A stretch of DNA of 64,000 nucleotides from a virus (taxonomy: Duplodnaviria; Caudoviricetes), in the IMG/VR virus record IMGVR_UViG_3300037249_001368, positions 64,001-128,000 of that record. One strand, 5' to 3'. The notes under the pieces were generated by a model, which saw nothing but the letters and a program-made list of their open reading frames with translations, had not been told where the DNA came from and ran no database searches. The translations under genes and the position numbers were made by a program. The stretch's first letter is position 1, and each line of letters opens with the position of its first letter. This document shows positions 50,213-59,819 of this stretch, piece after piece.

Positions 50213-50796
50213 AATACAATAAAGAAGGAGACTTCACCCACTTCAGTGCTTTGACGTCTGACGCCTTGTCATTCTTCATCAGGATGGACGTCCCCATGCT
50301 TATTTACGCTGTCGACGACAACAAGAAGGTCTATTCGTGCATGGCTTTCCACGACAGCATGAATAAGAAATCTAAATCGAGGGTTGACACCAAGAATTGC
50401 AAGTATAAGGTAGAAATCAAAAGTTCTTCCTTTGCTGGTGAGAAAACCCTTACCGCTTTGGAGATTCTGAAAACCATTTCTAAATTCACCAACAACGGTA
50501 AATACGATATCGGTGTCACAATCAGAAATAAATGGGTTGACAAGTACAGTGTTATATTCCCGCTCATCGGCAAAGTCAAATCTTCTGTGTTGGAGCAGTA
50601 CTACAGAATTAAAGTCACTGACGAATACATTCTGTTGACTGGTCGTGACATTCAGAATTATCCTCAGGAGGTGTATTACTTCTATGAGGACTACAGCCTG
50701 CTGAAGTTTGATGAGAAAGGATTCGACACCATCATCGACAAGAGCAAATCCAAATTCACTCCTGCTATTATCTTTAACTCCGTAAAATTCAAGTAA
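50209..50796 (+). CDS. Hypothetical protein
   Basis: 195-aa ORF with an ATGA overlap. Confidence 0.7.
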   Translation: MKYNKEGDFTHFSALTSDALSFFIRMDVPMLIYAVDDNKKVYSCMAFHDSMNKKSKSRVDTKNCKYKVEIKSSSFAGEKTLTALEILKTISKFTNNGKYDIGVTIRNKWVDKYSVIFPLIGKVKSSVLEQYYRIKVTDEYILLTGRDIQNYPQEVYYFYEDYSLLKFDEKGFDTIIDKSKSKFTPAIIFNSVKFK

Positions 50797-50798
50797 TC

Positions 50799-51857
50799 AT
50801 GATTGGCGATAACACTGAGTTCATGGGCACCGAGTTTTACGGAGGTCCATTGTTCGAGCACCGAGGCAAACCAGACCCCGCGAAAGCCAGAGCAAGAGCA
50901 GAAGCCCACAAGCGCGGCATCTTACGTTCTAAAAACGCCCGTCGTCGTGAAAAGGAGGCCGAGGAGCGCCGCAAGGAGCGTGCCAAGAAACGTGCTCAAC
51001 GCGAAAAAGAGCTGAAAGCCATGGGCTTGTCGGATAACGACATCAAGAAACAACTGGAACGTGATGACAAAGATTTCGAGGCTCAGGAAAAGAAGCATCA
51101 ACAGGAGAACCAGATTCAGGCTGGTCAACAATTTTCTAAGGAGCAAGCAGCTGACATTGACAAGAACCACAAAACGGCTCTGAACGGTGCCACTGCTGCT
51201 CTGAAGAAGGTTGAAGCCAAGACCAAAACCGAGAAGAAACTGGTTTCTGACATCGAAGATTACATCGACGAGGTAAATTCAGCTGTGACTGAATCTGTTG
51301 AAAAGGGTGAGAAGTTTGACATCCAACAAATTTTGGATGACACGGCTGCTGAATACGAAAAACAACTGACCGAAACCGATTACGATGTCAATGATTTCTC
51401 CGATGATTTTGACTATAATCCTAAGACCAAAAAAGTTACCAAGAAAAAGAAACCAAAGATTTCTGATGACAGTAACTACAGGGACTTACAGGATGACGAT
51501 GCCAAAAAGAATAAGAAAATCAATGACATCAATCGCAAGATTCAGGAGTTGAAAGATAAGCATGACGAAGAAATTTCGGCCGCAAAGTCAGATGCAGAAC
51601 GCAAACGCATCTATAACAGAAACCGTCGCGAACTTGACAAATTGAAGGATAACCTGAAAAAGATGGAAATCAAGTCCCGTGACGATTATCAGGAGTTCAA
51701 GCGTGAGAAACGCGAACGCAGAAAAGAGCGTTTCGACAACAACCCAGCGGTTATGTTCTTCAGATATAATTTCTTGAAGTTCACAGAACCTTTCGTCAAA
51801 TTTGCAGGTTACTACAATGACCTGTATGATTATACCACCTCAAATATAGGTGGATAA
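50799..51857 (+). CDS. Highly charged coiled-coil protein
   Basis: 352 aa, K/R/E/D-rich. Confidence 0.75.
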   Translation: MIGDNTEFMGTEFYGGPLFEHRGKPDPAKARARAEAHKRGILRSKNARRREKEAEERRKERAKKRAQREKELKAMGLSDNDIKKQLERDDKDFEAQEKKHQQENQIQAGQQFSKEQAADIDKNHKTALNGATAALKKVEAKTKTEKKLVSDIEDYIDEVNSAVTESVEKGEKFDIQQILDDTAAEYEKQLTETDYDVNDFSDDFDYNPKTKKVTKKKKPKISDDSNYRDLQDDDAKKNKKINDINRKIQELKDKHDEEISAAKSDAERKRIYNRNRRELDKLKDNLKKMEIKSRDDYQEFKREKRERRKERFDNNPAVMFFRYNFLKFTEPFVKFAGYYNDLYDYTTSNIGG

Positions 51858-51960
51858 ATCAGACTAAATGGATATTTTTAGTTAGTTATTTAGAATGTCC
51901 CAATTAAGTTATCAATAGTTTTTCAAAAAGTTTTAAGTTTAATTTCAAAAAGTTTTCAAA

Positions 51961-53061
51961 ATGAGTAACAATCCGAATTTAAGTAGTCTGTTAGTAAACG
52001 TTTCTAAGACAGAAGTCAACGAAGTTGTTAAAGCCGAAGATTTGCAGGAAGGCGGCATTAACTGGAAAGACAAGTTCTTTGAACCAGAGGTCGGCAACTC
52101 CTACGTCATCAAGTTCCTCCCCAACATCGAGAAGGACGGGGCTTGTGAGAGCAACATCGTTCACCGAGTCTACTACAAGGACCTCCCAGACCCCGAGCGC
52201 AAGGGCAAGAAAATGACTTACATTTCTCCTGGCAAGGGCTGTCCTGTGATGGAATTGTTCTTCGAGATGTCCTCGGCCAAGAAGGCTGGTGACGTCATCG
52301 CCGAGCAAAAAATCAAGAGGTACTTGTCCCGCAAACAGCAGGCTTGCGCGAAGGTGCAAATCATCAAGTCCCCTGACAAGGAGCAAATCGGAAAGATTTA
52401 TCTGTTCCGTTTCAACACCTTTGGACAGAACGCCATCATCGCAAATCTCATCAACCAGAAGTTGAATCCTACCAAGGACCAAATCGAGAACGGCGAAGAC
52501 AAGGAGAATATCTTCAACATCTTCGAGAGTTCCGTGATGAACATCGTTTGCAAGGAAGAAACATTCGATGGTCAGAAAGGTCGCGGTTACGCAAGTTCAA
52601 CTTGGCTGCAGAAGAAGCGCGGCGCTTTCATCCAACTCGAAAACGGTGAGAGCCACGAGTTCACTCCAGCTGACCTTGACGCAGACGGCAATTACAAACC
52701 AGAAGTGATGCCTTTCGTCGAGGAATTTATCAATCAACTGACCCGCGACGACGTGTCCATGAAGAGATGGTTCTCGTATCGCAGACCAGAGGATTGCGAG
52801 ACCGAAGAGGATAAGGCCTACGTGACCAATGTTCTCAAGAAGGTCCAAACTATCATTCCTGTCATTCGCGACAAGAGCATTACCGAAATCGAAAACTTCG
52901 GCAAGGCCGAGCCCGCGGAAAAGAAGGATGCAGGGGGTGACATCTTGAAAGAGTCCATCCCCGATGAACTCAAAGGTGTAATCGGAGAAGAGAACACCCC
53001 CAAAGCTGCAGAAACCAGTTCAGACGATGACCTGATTGAACAAGCTTTACAGAACAGCTAA
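51961..53061 (+). CDS. Single-stranded DNA-binding protein (gp32-like)
   Basis: VIKFLP, CPVMEL, QIGKIYLFRF and NIFNIFES follow gp32; acidic C-terminus DDDLIEQALQNS. Confidence 0.85.
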   Translation: MSNNPNLSSLLVNVSKTEVNEVVKAEDLQEGGINWKDKFFEPEVGNSYVIKFLPNIEKDGACESNIVHRVYYKDLPDPERKGKKMTYISPGKGCPVMELFFEMSSAKKAGDVIAEQKIKRYLSRKQQACAKVQIIKSPDKEQIGKIYLFRFNTFGQNAIIANLINQKLNPTKDQIENGEDKENIFNIFESSVMNIVCKEETFDGQKGRGYASSTWLQKKRGAFIQLENGESHEFTPADLDADGNYKPEVMPFVEEFINQLTRDDVSMKRWFSYRRPEDCETEEDKAYVTNVLKKVQTIIPVIRDKSITEIENFGKAEPAEKKDAGGDILKESIPDELKGVIGEENTPKAAETSSDDDLIEQALQNS

Positions 53062-53084
53062 TCCCCCATCAACACCAATCATCA

Positions 53085-53122
53085 GAGAAGCCCTGATGCC
53101 AGTGAGCGTCAGGGCTTTTCTT
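53085..53122 (+). terminator. Rho-independent terminator
   Basis: GAGAAGCCCTGATGC-CAGTGA-GCGTCAGGGCTTTTC followed by TT. Confidence 0.8.
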
Positions 53123-53169
53123 ATGCCATTTTTACAAGTTTTTATTAGCCCGTATCTTAATACATACTC

Positions 53170-53952
53170 ATGCGACAAAAGAAAATTTCAACGATTGAGG
53201 AACTTCTGAAAGATGAAGTGGAATTTATGACTGAGCGCGATAAGTATGCTCAGAAATACCAGAAATCGTTGGAAGAGGCGAGAGCCCGTGAAGGAGGTTT
53301 TAAGAAAAACTCCAAGTATTCTTTACGCACGAAAATACTGAAACATGAATGGTTAGGTCACAGACCTGCTTCCAGAGCATTGAATTGGTTGTATAAAACC
53401 GTATTCAAAAACCCTGACAAATATCGTTATACGAAACGGTTAATGTATCAGGGTGGTCTGTTCATTTTTGAATACAAGAACCCTAAATATAAAGATACAT
53501 CTGTTCTGCCGTGGTTTGACCAATACCCGTTAGTTTTAAGTTTAGGACCCATAACCACGAATTTAGGTAACAGAAACATGGGATTTAATCTGCATTTGTT
53601 ACCTCCGAGAATCCGTATCATAGTTTTATGCTACATTTTCGAGATTTACAAAAACGCATATCGCTATGGTGTGTTTTTGAAGAGAGACATATACCCTGTT
53701 CCTGTCAGTTATCACAGCATTGTAGACCAGTTACGGATTTATGGTGTTGAGTTTTGTATCAGGATGTATATCCCAGCCAGACAAAAACAGATAGTTCACT
53801 TCCCATTAAAAGAATGGCAAAACGCAATTTTCATTCCTTCTCGGGGTTATTACGATATCAGAGCCAAGAAACTCATAAAAGAGTGGAAGGAATTTTGCCG
53901 CAGCCGTCACATCTATGTGTCTGAAAAAGTCAACTGGAAAAATATCATTTAA
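53170..53952 (+). CDS. DNA end protector (T4 gp2-like)
   Basis: FEYKNPKYKDTSVLPWFDQYPLVL...GFNLHLLPPRIR...EWQNAIFIP. Confidence 0.85.
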   Translation: MRQKKISTIEELLKDEVEFMTERDKYAQKYQKSLEEARAREGGFKKNSKYSLRTKILKHEWLGHRPASRALNWLYKTVFKNPDKYRYTKRLMYQGGLFIFEYKNPKYKDTSVLPWFDQYPLVLSLGPITTNLGNRNMGFNLHLLPPRIRIIVLCYIFEIYKNAYRYGVFLKRDIYPVPVSYHSIVDQLRIYGVEFCIRMYIPARQKQIVHFPLKEWQNAIFIPSRGYYDIRAKKLIKEWKEFCRSRHIYVSEKVNWKNII

Positions 53953-54035
53953 CAGCAGAATATTTTTCTTCAGACAAAAATCCATATTTATAAGTTTTCA
54001 GCCTAATCAAGCCAAAAAGCTTGGTTTATATCACT

Positions 54036-55688
54036 ATGAAATTTAGATTTATAGCAGGTAAAAATTGTAGGGATTTTGTTGTAATGGAATCCATTGAGAC
54101 AGAAAAGGATTTTCAGATGTATGCTATCGTCGAAAAAGTTCTGTCGAGAGAAGAGTACAAACCTTTTATGAAGGGGGATTTCGACAAACACATCCGTTAC
54201 AGTTACCTATTCAATAAGTCAATCTTCCCATATCAGTTTTGGTCTGATGTAAGAAATGCTCTGAGTCAAACCACTGGTTATCTGTGTGAGGAAAAGGATT
54301 TAGAACTGCTTGATGACCCATACAAAACAGGTCATTACAGGTCTCCGATAACCTACGAAGAGTTTTATGACTGGGTTTATTCTCTGAAATTACCTGATGA
54401 TATTTCAGTCGATGACGAAAAATATAGTTATCAGCCAGAGTCAGCAATTAGAGCGATAAACGCTCATGTTGCACGAATCGAGGTAGCAACCGCCGGTGGT
54501 AAAACTTTCCTCACATACCTTTATTGTAAGTGCCTGATGCAAGTCATCGGAATCAAGGGAAAGATTCTGATTATTGTTCCATCACAAACATTGTGCAAAC
54601 AGCTGAAAGATGATTTTTATCATTACGACAGTATGAATGATTTTGACCAACAGATTGTAGTTGAAACCATTTACGCTAATTCAAAGCGTCTCGTTGATGC
54701 AGAAATTGTTTGTGGAACTTATCAGTCTTTGTCGAACTACGAGGAAGATTATTTTGAGGATTTCACTGTTTGCATTTGCGACGAATTACACAGAGCAAAA
54801 GCTTACAGTATCAGAAATGCTATTTACGCTAAATTAAGAAATGTTCAGTACTTCTTCGGAATGACTGGTACATTCCCCGAATACAAAACTCTAGACTACA
54901 TACACATAGTTTCTATGTTTGGGCCTGAGGTAATGAATGTTTCAGCTAAGCAGTTGATGGACACGGGTGTTGCTAATTACACCGCTATTAAAATGATTCA
55001 GCTGGAATATTACAACACCAACACAAATGACCCGAATGATAGAATCAAGAACTTCTCGGAAATTGTCAAAGAATTTCCTGAGATGCACCCAGAGTATTTT
55101 GAGACACACCCAGACCTCGTGATACCAAACGAAGATGAAGGCGGTAAGTGGGAGAACCCATCGCAACGCTACTATTTGGAGAAGTATTATTATCAGCACA
55201 ATACTGCTCGCTTAAAGGTATTGTCTAATCTTGTCAACAAATTTGAGGAAAACTCGATTGTGTTTGTTGATACAGTTCAGTATTGTGAAGAGATTTATGA
55301 TTTCCTTACAGCAAATTGCCCAGACCCTGAAAGAAAGTTTTTCATCATCCACGGCTCAGTGAAACACAGAGATGATATTCTTGATGAGGTCAAATCAACA
55401 AACGGAAAATGTGTGATAATTGCTACATACGGAACTATGTCCACCGGCGTATCAATTAAAAATTTAACAAACGCATATATAGTGGACGGAGGTAAATCTT
55501 CAAATAGAATCCGTCAGTCGATAGGTCGTTTGATGCGTATCATCGAGAACAAAAAGACTTCCAAGGTTTTTGACTTTTGTGATGACATGAATGGTTCAAG
55601 CTTTAAGAAACAGGCTAAAATCAGAAAGTCGACATACGAGTTCAATAACTTTGATGTATCATCCTTTAGAATCAAAATTCTGAAATGA
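54036..55688 (+). CDS. uvsW: UvsW-like SF2 DNA helicase
   Basis: YQ motif, ATAGGKT, IIVPS, TYQSL, DELH, GMTGT, ATYGTMSTGVSIKNL, QSIGRLMR. Confidence 0.9.
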   Translation: MKFRFIAGKNCRDFVVMESIETEKDFQMYAIVEKVLSREEYKPFMKGDFDKHIRYSYLFNKSIFPYQFWSDVRNALSQTTGYLCEEKDLELLDDPYKTGHYRSPITYEEFYDWVYSLKLPDDISVDDEKYSYQPESAIRAINAHVARIEVATAGGKTFLTYLYCKCLMQVIGIKGKILIIVPSQTLCKQLKDDFYHYDSMNDFDQQIVVETIYANSKRLVDAEIVCGTYQSLSNYEEDYFEDFTVCICDELHRAKAYSIRNAIYAKLRNVQYFFGMTGTFPEYKTLDYIHIVSMFGPEVMNVSAKQLMDTGVANYTAIKMIQLEYYNTNTNDPNDRIKNFSEIVKEFPEMHPEYFETHPDLVIPNEDEGGKWENPSQRYYLEKYYYQHNTARLKVLSNLVNKFEENSIVFVDTVQYCEEIYDFLTANCPDPERKFFIIHGSVKHRDDILDEVKSTNGKCVIIATYGTMSTGVSIKNLTNAYIVDGGKSSNRIRQSIGRLMRIIENKKTSKVFDFCDDMNGSSFKKQAKIRKSTYEFNNFDVSSFRIKILK

Positions 55689-56311
55689 AAATTGGTAGCG
55701 ATGTCAATGTCAGTAAATTGGATTCCTTGATTGAAACAGAATCAGAGGAAGAATATGCTATTGGCTTGGGAACAGAATTTGAGAGTGATGATTCTGATGA
55801 TTTCTTTGAATATGACCCGTCATTCCAAAAACGGTTCATAAACAGTACCTCAAACGACGAGAGTCAGAACAAAGCAGTTTCCTTTGACTACATAAACATA
55901 TCAGAGGAGGTTTATGGCATAGTAGTAAATGTCGTGGGCACCACTGAATTTTCTAAAGACAAATCGAGAAACAATTCAGTTCTTTACGAACAGGTCAATA
56001 AGAATTTTTCAAAGATTGTCAAGGAAATTTTACAAGACCAGAAAAAGAAGAAATTCCCAGGAATCATATCAATAGCATTTATACAGTTCTCCGAATATAT
56101 AAGTTCAATGACTGCTGAGGGGAAACCTGATTTAAGTTATTATGATGTATTCCACGCCATGAACGAAAAGTTCCAAAACTTTATTAAAAAGGAACTGATA
56201 CAAATGATTGGTGCTGATAGTTACAGGAGAGCAGAGAAGAGAGCCCAAGCAGATTTGAAACCAAGTATTGACAATCACTTTGATGCCATAATCAAGAAAA
56301 TAAGTTTCTGA
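55685..56311 (+). CDS. Hypothetical protein (weak resemblance to late co-activator gp33)
   Basis: Acidic N-terminus, helical C-terminus; the resemblance is tentative. Confidence 0.6.
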   Translation: MKIGSDVNVSKLDSLIETESEEEYAIGLGTEFESDDSDDFFEYDPSFQKRFINSTSNDESQNKAVSFDYINISEEVYGIVVNVVGTTEFSKDKSRNNSVLYEQVNKNFSKIVKEILQDQKKKKFPGIISIAFIQFSEYISSMTAEGKPDLSYYDVFHAMNEKFQNFIKKELIQMIGADSYRRAEKRAQADLKPSIDNHFDAIIKKISF

Positions 56312-56312
56312 G

Positions 56313-57152
56313 ATGTATTCCCAAAAAGCAAAGATTTACGGTTTTAAGCAAATGCTCAGTGCAGCCATTGCTTTCGTCACAAGTATCTCGAAAACACTTC
56401 ACGAACTGATGCCTGACTTGCCGGTGTTTGTCCTCGTTTCAGGTGACAATAATTATATCATGGACGAGAAGTTCAAAACCGTTGCCAAGGAATTATATGA
56501 AAAGACTCCTCGCTTTGTGATACGATTTAATTCCTTTGAAAGAGACCAAGCACAGGACACAGCAGTTTACAACCGTTACGAATTTATATCTCAGGACGAA
56601 GACGCAGAAGAACAGGGTGAGTTGGCAAGAGCCTCAATCAGGAGGTTATGTACTTACCTGAATTGTAATTGCACGATGGTTTCATCGAATTTCATCAGTG
56701 CAATGATGCACCTTGAAATGCTTTATGCTATATTTTCAAGAGAGAATCCATTCAGTTATGAGTATCAGGGTTCGGCATTTAATGGGGCTTTCACGACAGA
56801 TTCTCAAGATTTTAACTTTCCTGAGCAAGATTCAGGCACGAGAAATTTTAATCAAAACATAGACGTCAAAGTTCAAGTACATTTATACACACCAAAAATC
56901 AACACTATCGTTCTCGGCAAAGATTATGATTATGATGGTGTTGCGGTGACAATTCAGGAAAAAGATGTCATAAACCGTGTTGAAGTTTCTGAAGAGGAAA
57001 CCGACTATGTGGAGAAAGACATGATTCCTGAAGAAATTGACGTCGAGGGTGAGATACCGCAGGATGGTGGTGAAGGCAAGGTCAAAGTCGTGGAACCACG
57101 TCAGGATGATGACATTCCTTATACCAGCACAAATCGTGAAACAAATGTCTAA
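56313..57152 (+). CDS. Tail terminator/sheath stabiliser (gp15-like)
   Basis: KTPRFVIRFNSFERD resembles the gp15-family LPRMSFEITSISYD segment. Confidence 0.55.
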   Translation: MYSQKAKIYGFKQMLSAAIAFVTSISKTLHELMPDLPVFVLVSGDNNYIMDEKFKTVAKELYEKTPRFVIRFNSFERDQAQDTAVYNRYEFISQDEDAEEQGELARASIRRLCTYLNCNCTMVSSNFISAMMHLEMLYAIFSRENPFSYEYQGSAFNGAFTTDSQDFNFPEQDSGTRNFNQNIDVKVQVHLYTPKINTIVLGKDYDYDGVAVTIQEKDVINRVEVSEEETDYVEKDMIPEEIDVEGEIPQDGGEGKVKVVEPRQDDDIPYTSTNRETNV

Positions 57153-57164
57153 AACTAAAATATC

Positions 57165-57350
57165 ATGTGTCAGTATTGCGAAAACCATGTCCCACTTAAC
57201 AAAACCAAGGTAAAAACAGGGACTTACATCAGCGAAGGTGGAGACGGATTCTTCTACCTAAATAACCCTAACGGAGTGGTTAGAAGAATTAACTTTTGTC
57301 CCGTGTGCGGTGCTAAGTTGACTCCGTTTGATAATCTTGATGTTGACTAA
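57165..57350 (+). CDS. Small zinc-ribbon protein
   Basis: MCQYC...INFCPVCGAKL. Confidence 0.75.
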   Translation: MCQYCENHVPLNKTKVKTGTYISEGGDGFFYLNNPNGVVRRINFCPVCGAKLTPFDNLDVD

Positions 57351-57362
57351 AATGTACCGCCT

Positions 57363-57587
57363 ATGTTCAAATTTATACCCAAAGACGAATTTTACTTAAT
57401 GATAATTTCCTCAGTTCTGTGTTTCATCATAGAATACATTTTGGAAGTTATCATCGACAGAAGCTACTTTAATATGAAAAGAATACAAAACCTATCAATG
57501 ATTCAGTTCATAGTTTTGGTTGCTTATGTAGGTGTTCTTTTCTATCTGATTTTCAAAGACTGGAAAATCAACTGGAATTGGTTATGA
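57363..57587 (+). CDS. Small 2-TM membrane protein
   Basis: Two hydrophobic helices. Confidence 0.65.
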   Translation: MFKFIPKDEFYLMIISSVLCFIIEYILEVIIDRSYFNMKRIQNLSMIQFIVLVAYVGVLFYLIFKDWKINWNWL

Positions 57588-58159
57588 AAGAAAATTACGA
57601 ATATACCCTAATCAAAAAACTTGAGAAAAGGGATAAGAAAGGAAAAGGCAACAATTTTCTGAAAGCAGTCTTTGCTCCTTACTATTTCCTTGCTGAGTGC
57701 TATTGCAGGAATAAGATTTGGAGTAACTTCATTTTCAAAAAAATGATTACCACTGACGACGTATTCAAATTCCTCGACGAGCAGGATTTTGAAGTAAGGA
57801 AGGGGAAGCGTTTCGTGAAAATGGATTTGTTGCAAGATTCGAGATATGATTTTAATGACTTGAATCAGTCTAAAAAACTCATTTTTCAAGATTATTCAGA
57901 CGCGACGCTTGCTGTATTAAGAAAGAACATTCCTTTCGACGTGGAGAATTTCATGAATCTTCATGTAGAAATCGACGATAAAATCGTGACATCCGAAGAC
58001 GGAGAAATATACCACTCCTTGGTTTATTACGTATGGATTCAGTACTGGCGCGAAACACGCTACAGAGACTCCTTGAATCGTTTAATTAAGTGGGTAGTTG
58101 CTTTCATTTGTTTAGTTTTATGTGTATTGTTATTGATACGTATTTTCTCCGTTATTTGA
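57584..58159 (+). CDS. Membrane-anchored hypothetical protein
   Basis: C-terminal TM helix; ATGA overlap. Confidence 0.7.
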   Translation: MKENYEYTLIKKLEKRDKKGKGNNFLKAVFAPYYFLAECYCRNKIWSNFIFKKMITTDDVFKFLDEQDFEVRKGKRFVKMDLLQDSRYDFNDLNQSKKLIFQDYSDATLAVLRKNIPFDVENFMNLHVEIDDKIVTSEDGEIYHSLVYYVWIQYWRETRYRDSLNRLIKWVVAFICLVLCVLLLIRIFSVI

Positions 58160-58188
58160 AAATCATTACTCCTAAATAATATTCAATA

Positions 58189-59730
58189 ATGAACAATTTA
58201 GACAAACAGAAAACCCTTGAAAAGGGTTACGAAAATGCTCAAATGCACTTTTTCAAGACTGTGACTGAGTATCTTGGTGAAATCAAAGATAAGCACGTCC
58301 GTCTTGAGATGGCAGAGAGCCTGCATGATGACATTGAGCAGAATTGGGAAACCGCCAAAGGTACATTCCAATTCCTTGGCTGTATGGCTTACCTCGTTGG
58401 TTTGGACTTCTGCTCACAAACTTACCCCAACAGAAACGTCATCGGAAATGCTCGTAAGCGTATCGAGACATTTGTGCTTCCTGCAGACTTCCAAAAGGAG
58501 TTTCTTGAGAAATTCGTGGCAGTCATTGAAAAGACTGACATGAAGGACTTTGAAGCCATCTACGACCGTTACTCAAAGGAAGCAGAAGAAGAAATTCCTC
58601 AGAAGTATGTGGGGACGCTGAGCGGCATCGCTTACAAGACCAAACTCATCCTTGCCAATTCATCAATCGCCGTAAAATATGCGGTTGACGTGAAGAACAT
58701 CATGGACAAGAACGCATGGACCTATCAGGACATCATCAAGATGAATACCACGGTCTCACAGTACTGTAAGTTCATGGGCAAGCCCGCTATCAACAAGTTC
58801 AATGCTCTGTTCATGGACAAGAACTACCAAGACTTGTTGAAGACTGCTGCCGACAAGTTTGAGCAGTACAAGTTTGGTACTCTGTTCATGGAGTCTATCC
58901 AGACCATGAAAGACTTCTTGATTTCGGGAAGATTCAGCAAGGAAGACATCTTACGTATGCTCAACAACGAGATTACCGAGGAAGAGTTTACCAAGGCAGA
59001 AGCAGAGTTCCAAGAGAAACTGAAAGCCGATGAACTGAAGAAGGAAGACAAGGCCCCAGTCTACGAACAGACCGTCGAAGACATGATGCACAAAGACCCC
59101 GTCAACGCGGTTTTGGTCATTGCTGACGAAGCCATTGATTTCGGCCTCAAAACCGAGGAAGATTTCATCAAAGGTATCGAGGCAGTGTGCAACGCCCCCG
59201 AATACATGGGCAGCATTTATCACTACATCAAGGCCAAGATTTCCGCAGTGGACAATACCTGCACTTTGGGTAAATACAACTTCACCATCGAGAAACTCAT
59301 AGAGACCGTCGATAAGAAGGTTGTGGAACTCAGAGCAGATTACAAGGCCGTTGCTGAAGAGATTTGCGAGGACCTCGGTGATAACAAGAAGGAAGTCAAT
59401 CAACTGGTCAACGCCATGATTGGTTGCTTGATTCTTGAATCAAACGACCAGAAGAGTTACCTCATTTCTCAATACATGCAACCTTCGATTGAAACATATC
59501 AACACCTCACTCAAATCATGAACCTGATTGAGGAGTCTGACATGATTGCCAACGATGAAGGACTGAAGACCTACGGCAAACTTTACAAGTTCGTCAAGGA
59601 AACTCCCGCAATCGCTGACAAACTCGTTTCAATCAACAGAGCAGAGCCTCTCTTCAATAAACTGTCTATGTTTATTGCGGTGAAAGACCTGTTTAATAAA
59701 TATAAGGAATCCTGTAATACACCTGAATAA
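58189..59730 (+). CDS. Hypothetical helical protein
   Basis: 513 aa, codon-biased, followed by a terminator. Confidence 0.8.
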   Translation: MNNLDKQKTLEKGYENAQMHFFKTVTEYLGEIKDKHVRLEMAESLHDDIEQNWETAKGTFQFLGCMAYLVGLDFCSQTYPNRNVIGNARKRIETFVLPADFQKEFLEKFVAVIEKTDMKDFEAIYDRYSKEAEEEIPQKYVGTLSGIAYKTKLILANSSIAVKYAVDVKNIMDKNAWTYQDIIKMNTTVSQYCKFMGKPAINKFNALFMDKNYQDLLKTAADKFEQYKFGTLFMESIQTMKDFLISGRFSKEDILRMLNNEITEEEFTKAEAEFQEKLKADELKKEDKAPVYEQTVEDMMHKDPVNAVLVIADEAIDFGLKTEEDFIKGIEAVCNAPEYMGSIYHYIKAKISAVDNTCTLGKYNFTIEKLIETVDKKVVELRADYKAVAEEICEDLGDNKKEVNQLVNAMIGCLILESNDQKSYLISQYMQPSIETYQHLTQIMNLIEESDMIANDEGLKTYGKLYKFVKETPAIADKLVSINRAEPLFNKLSMFIAVKDLFNKYKESCNTPE

Positions 59731-59747
59731 GGTGTCGGTCATGTTGG

Positions 59748-59783
59748 TCCCTCCGATGGCGCAAAACGTCGGAGGGATTTTTT
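59748..59783 (+). terminator. Rho-independent terminator
   Basis: TCCCTCCGATG-GCGCAAAA-CGTCGGAGGGA followed by TTTTTT. Confidence 0.85.
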
Positions 59784-59819
59784 ATACATAGATACTTTGC
59801 AACAAAAAATTTCTAGGTT

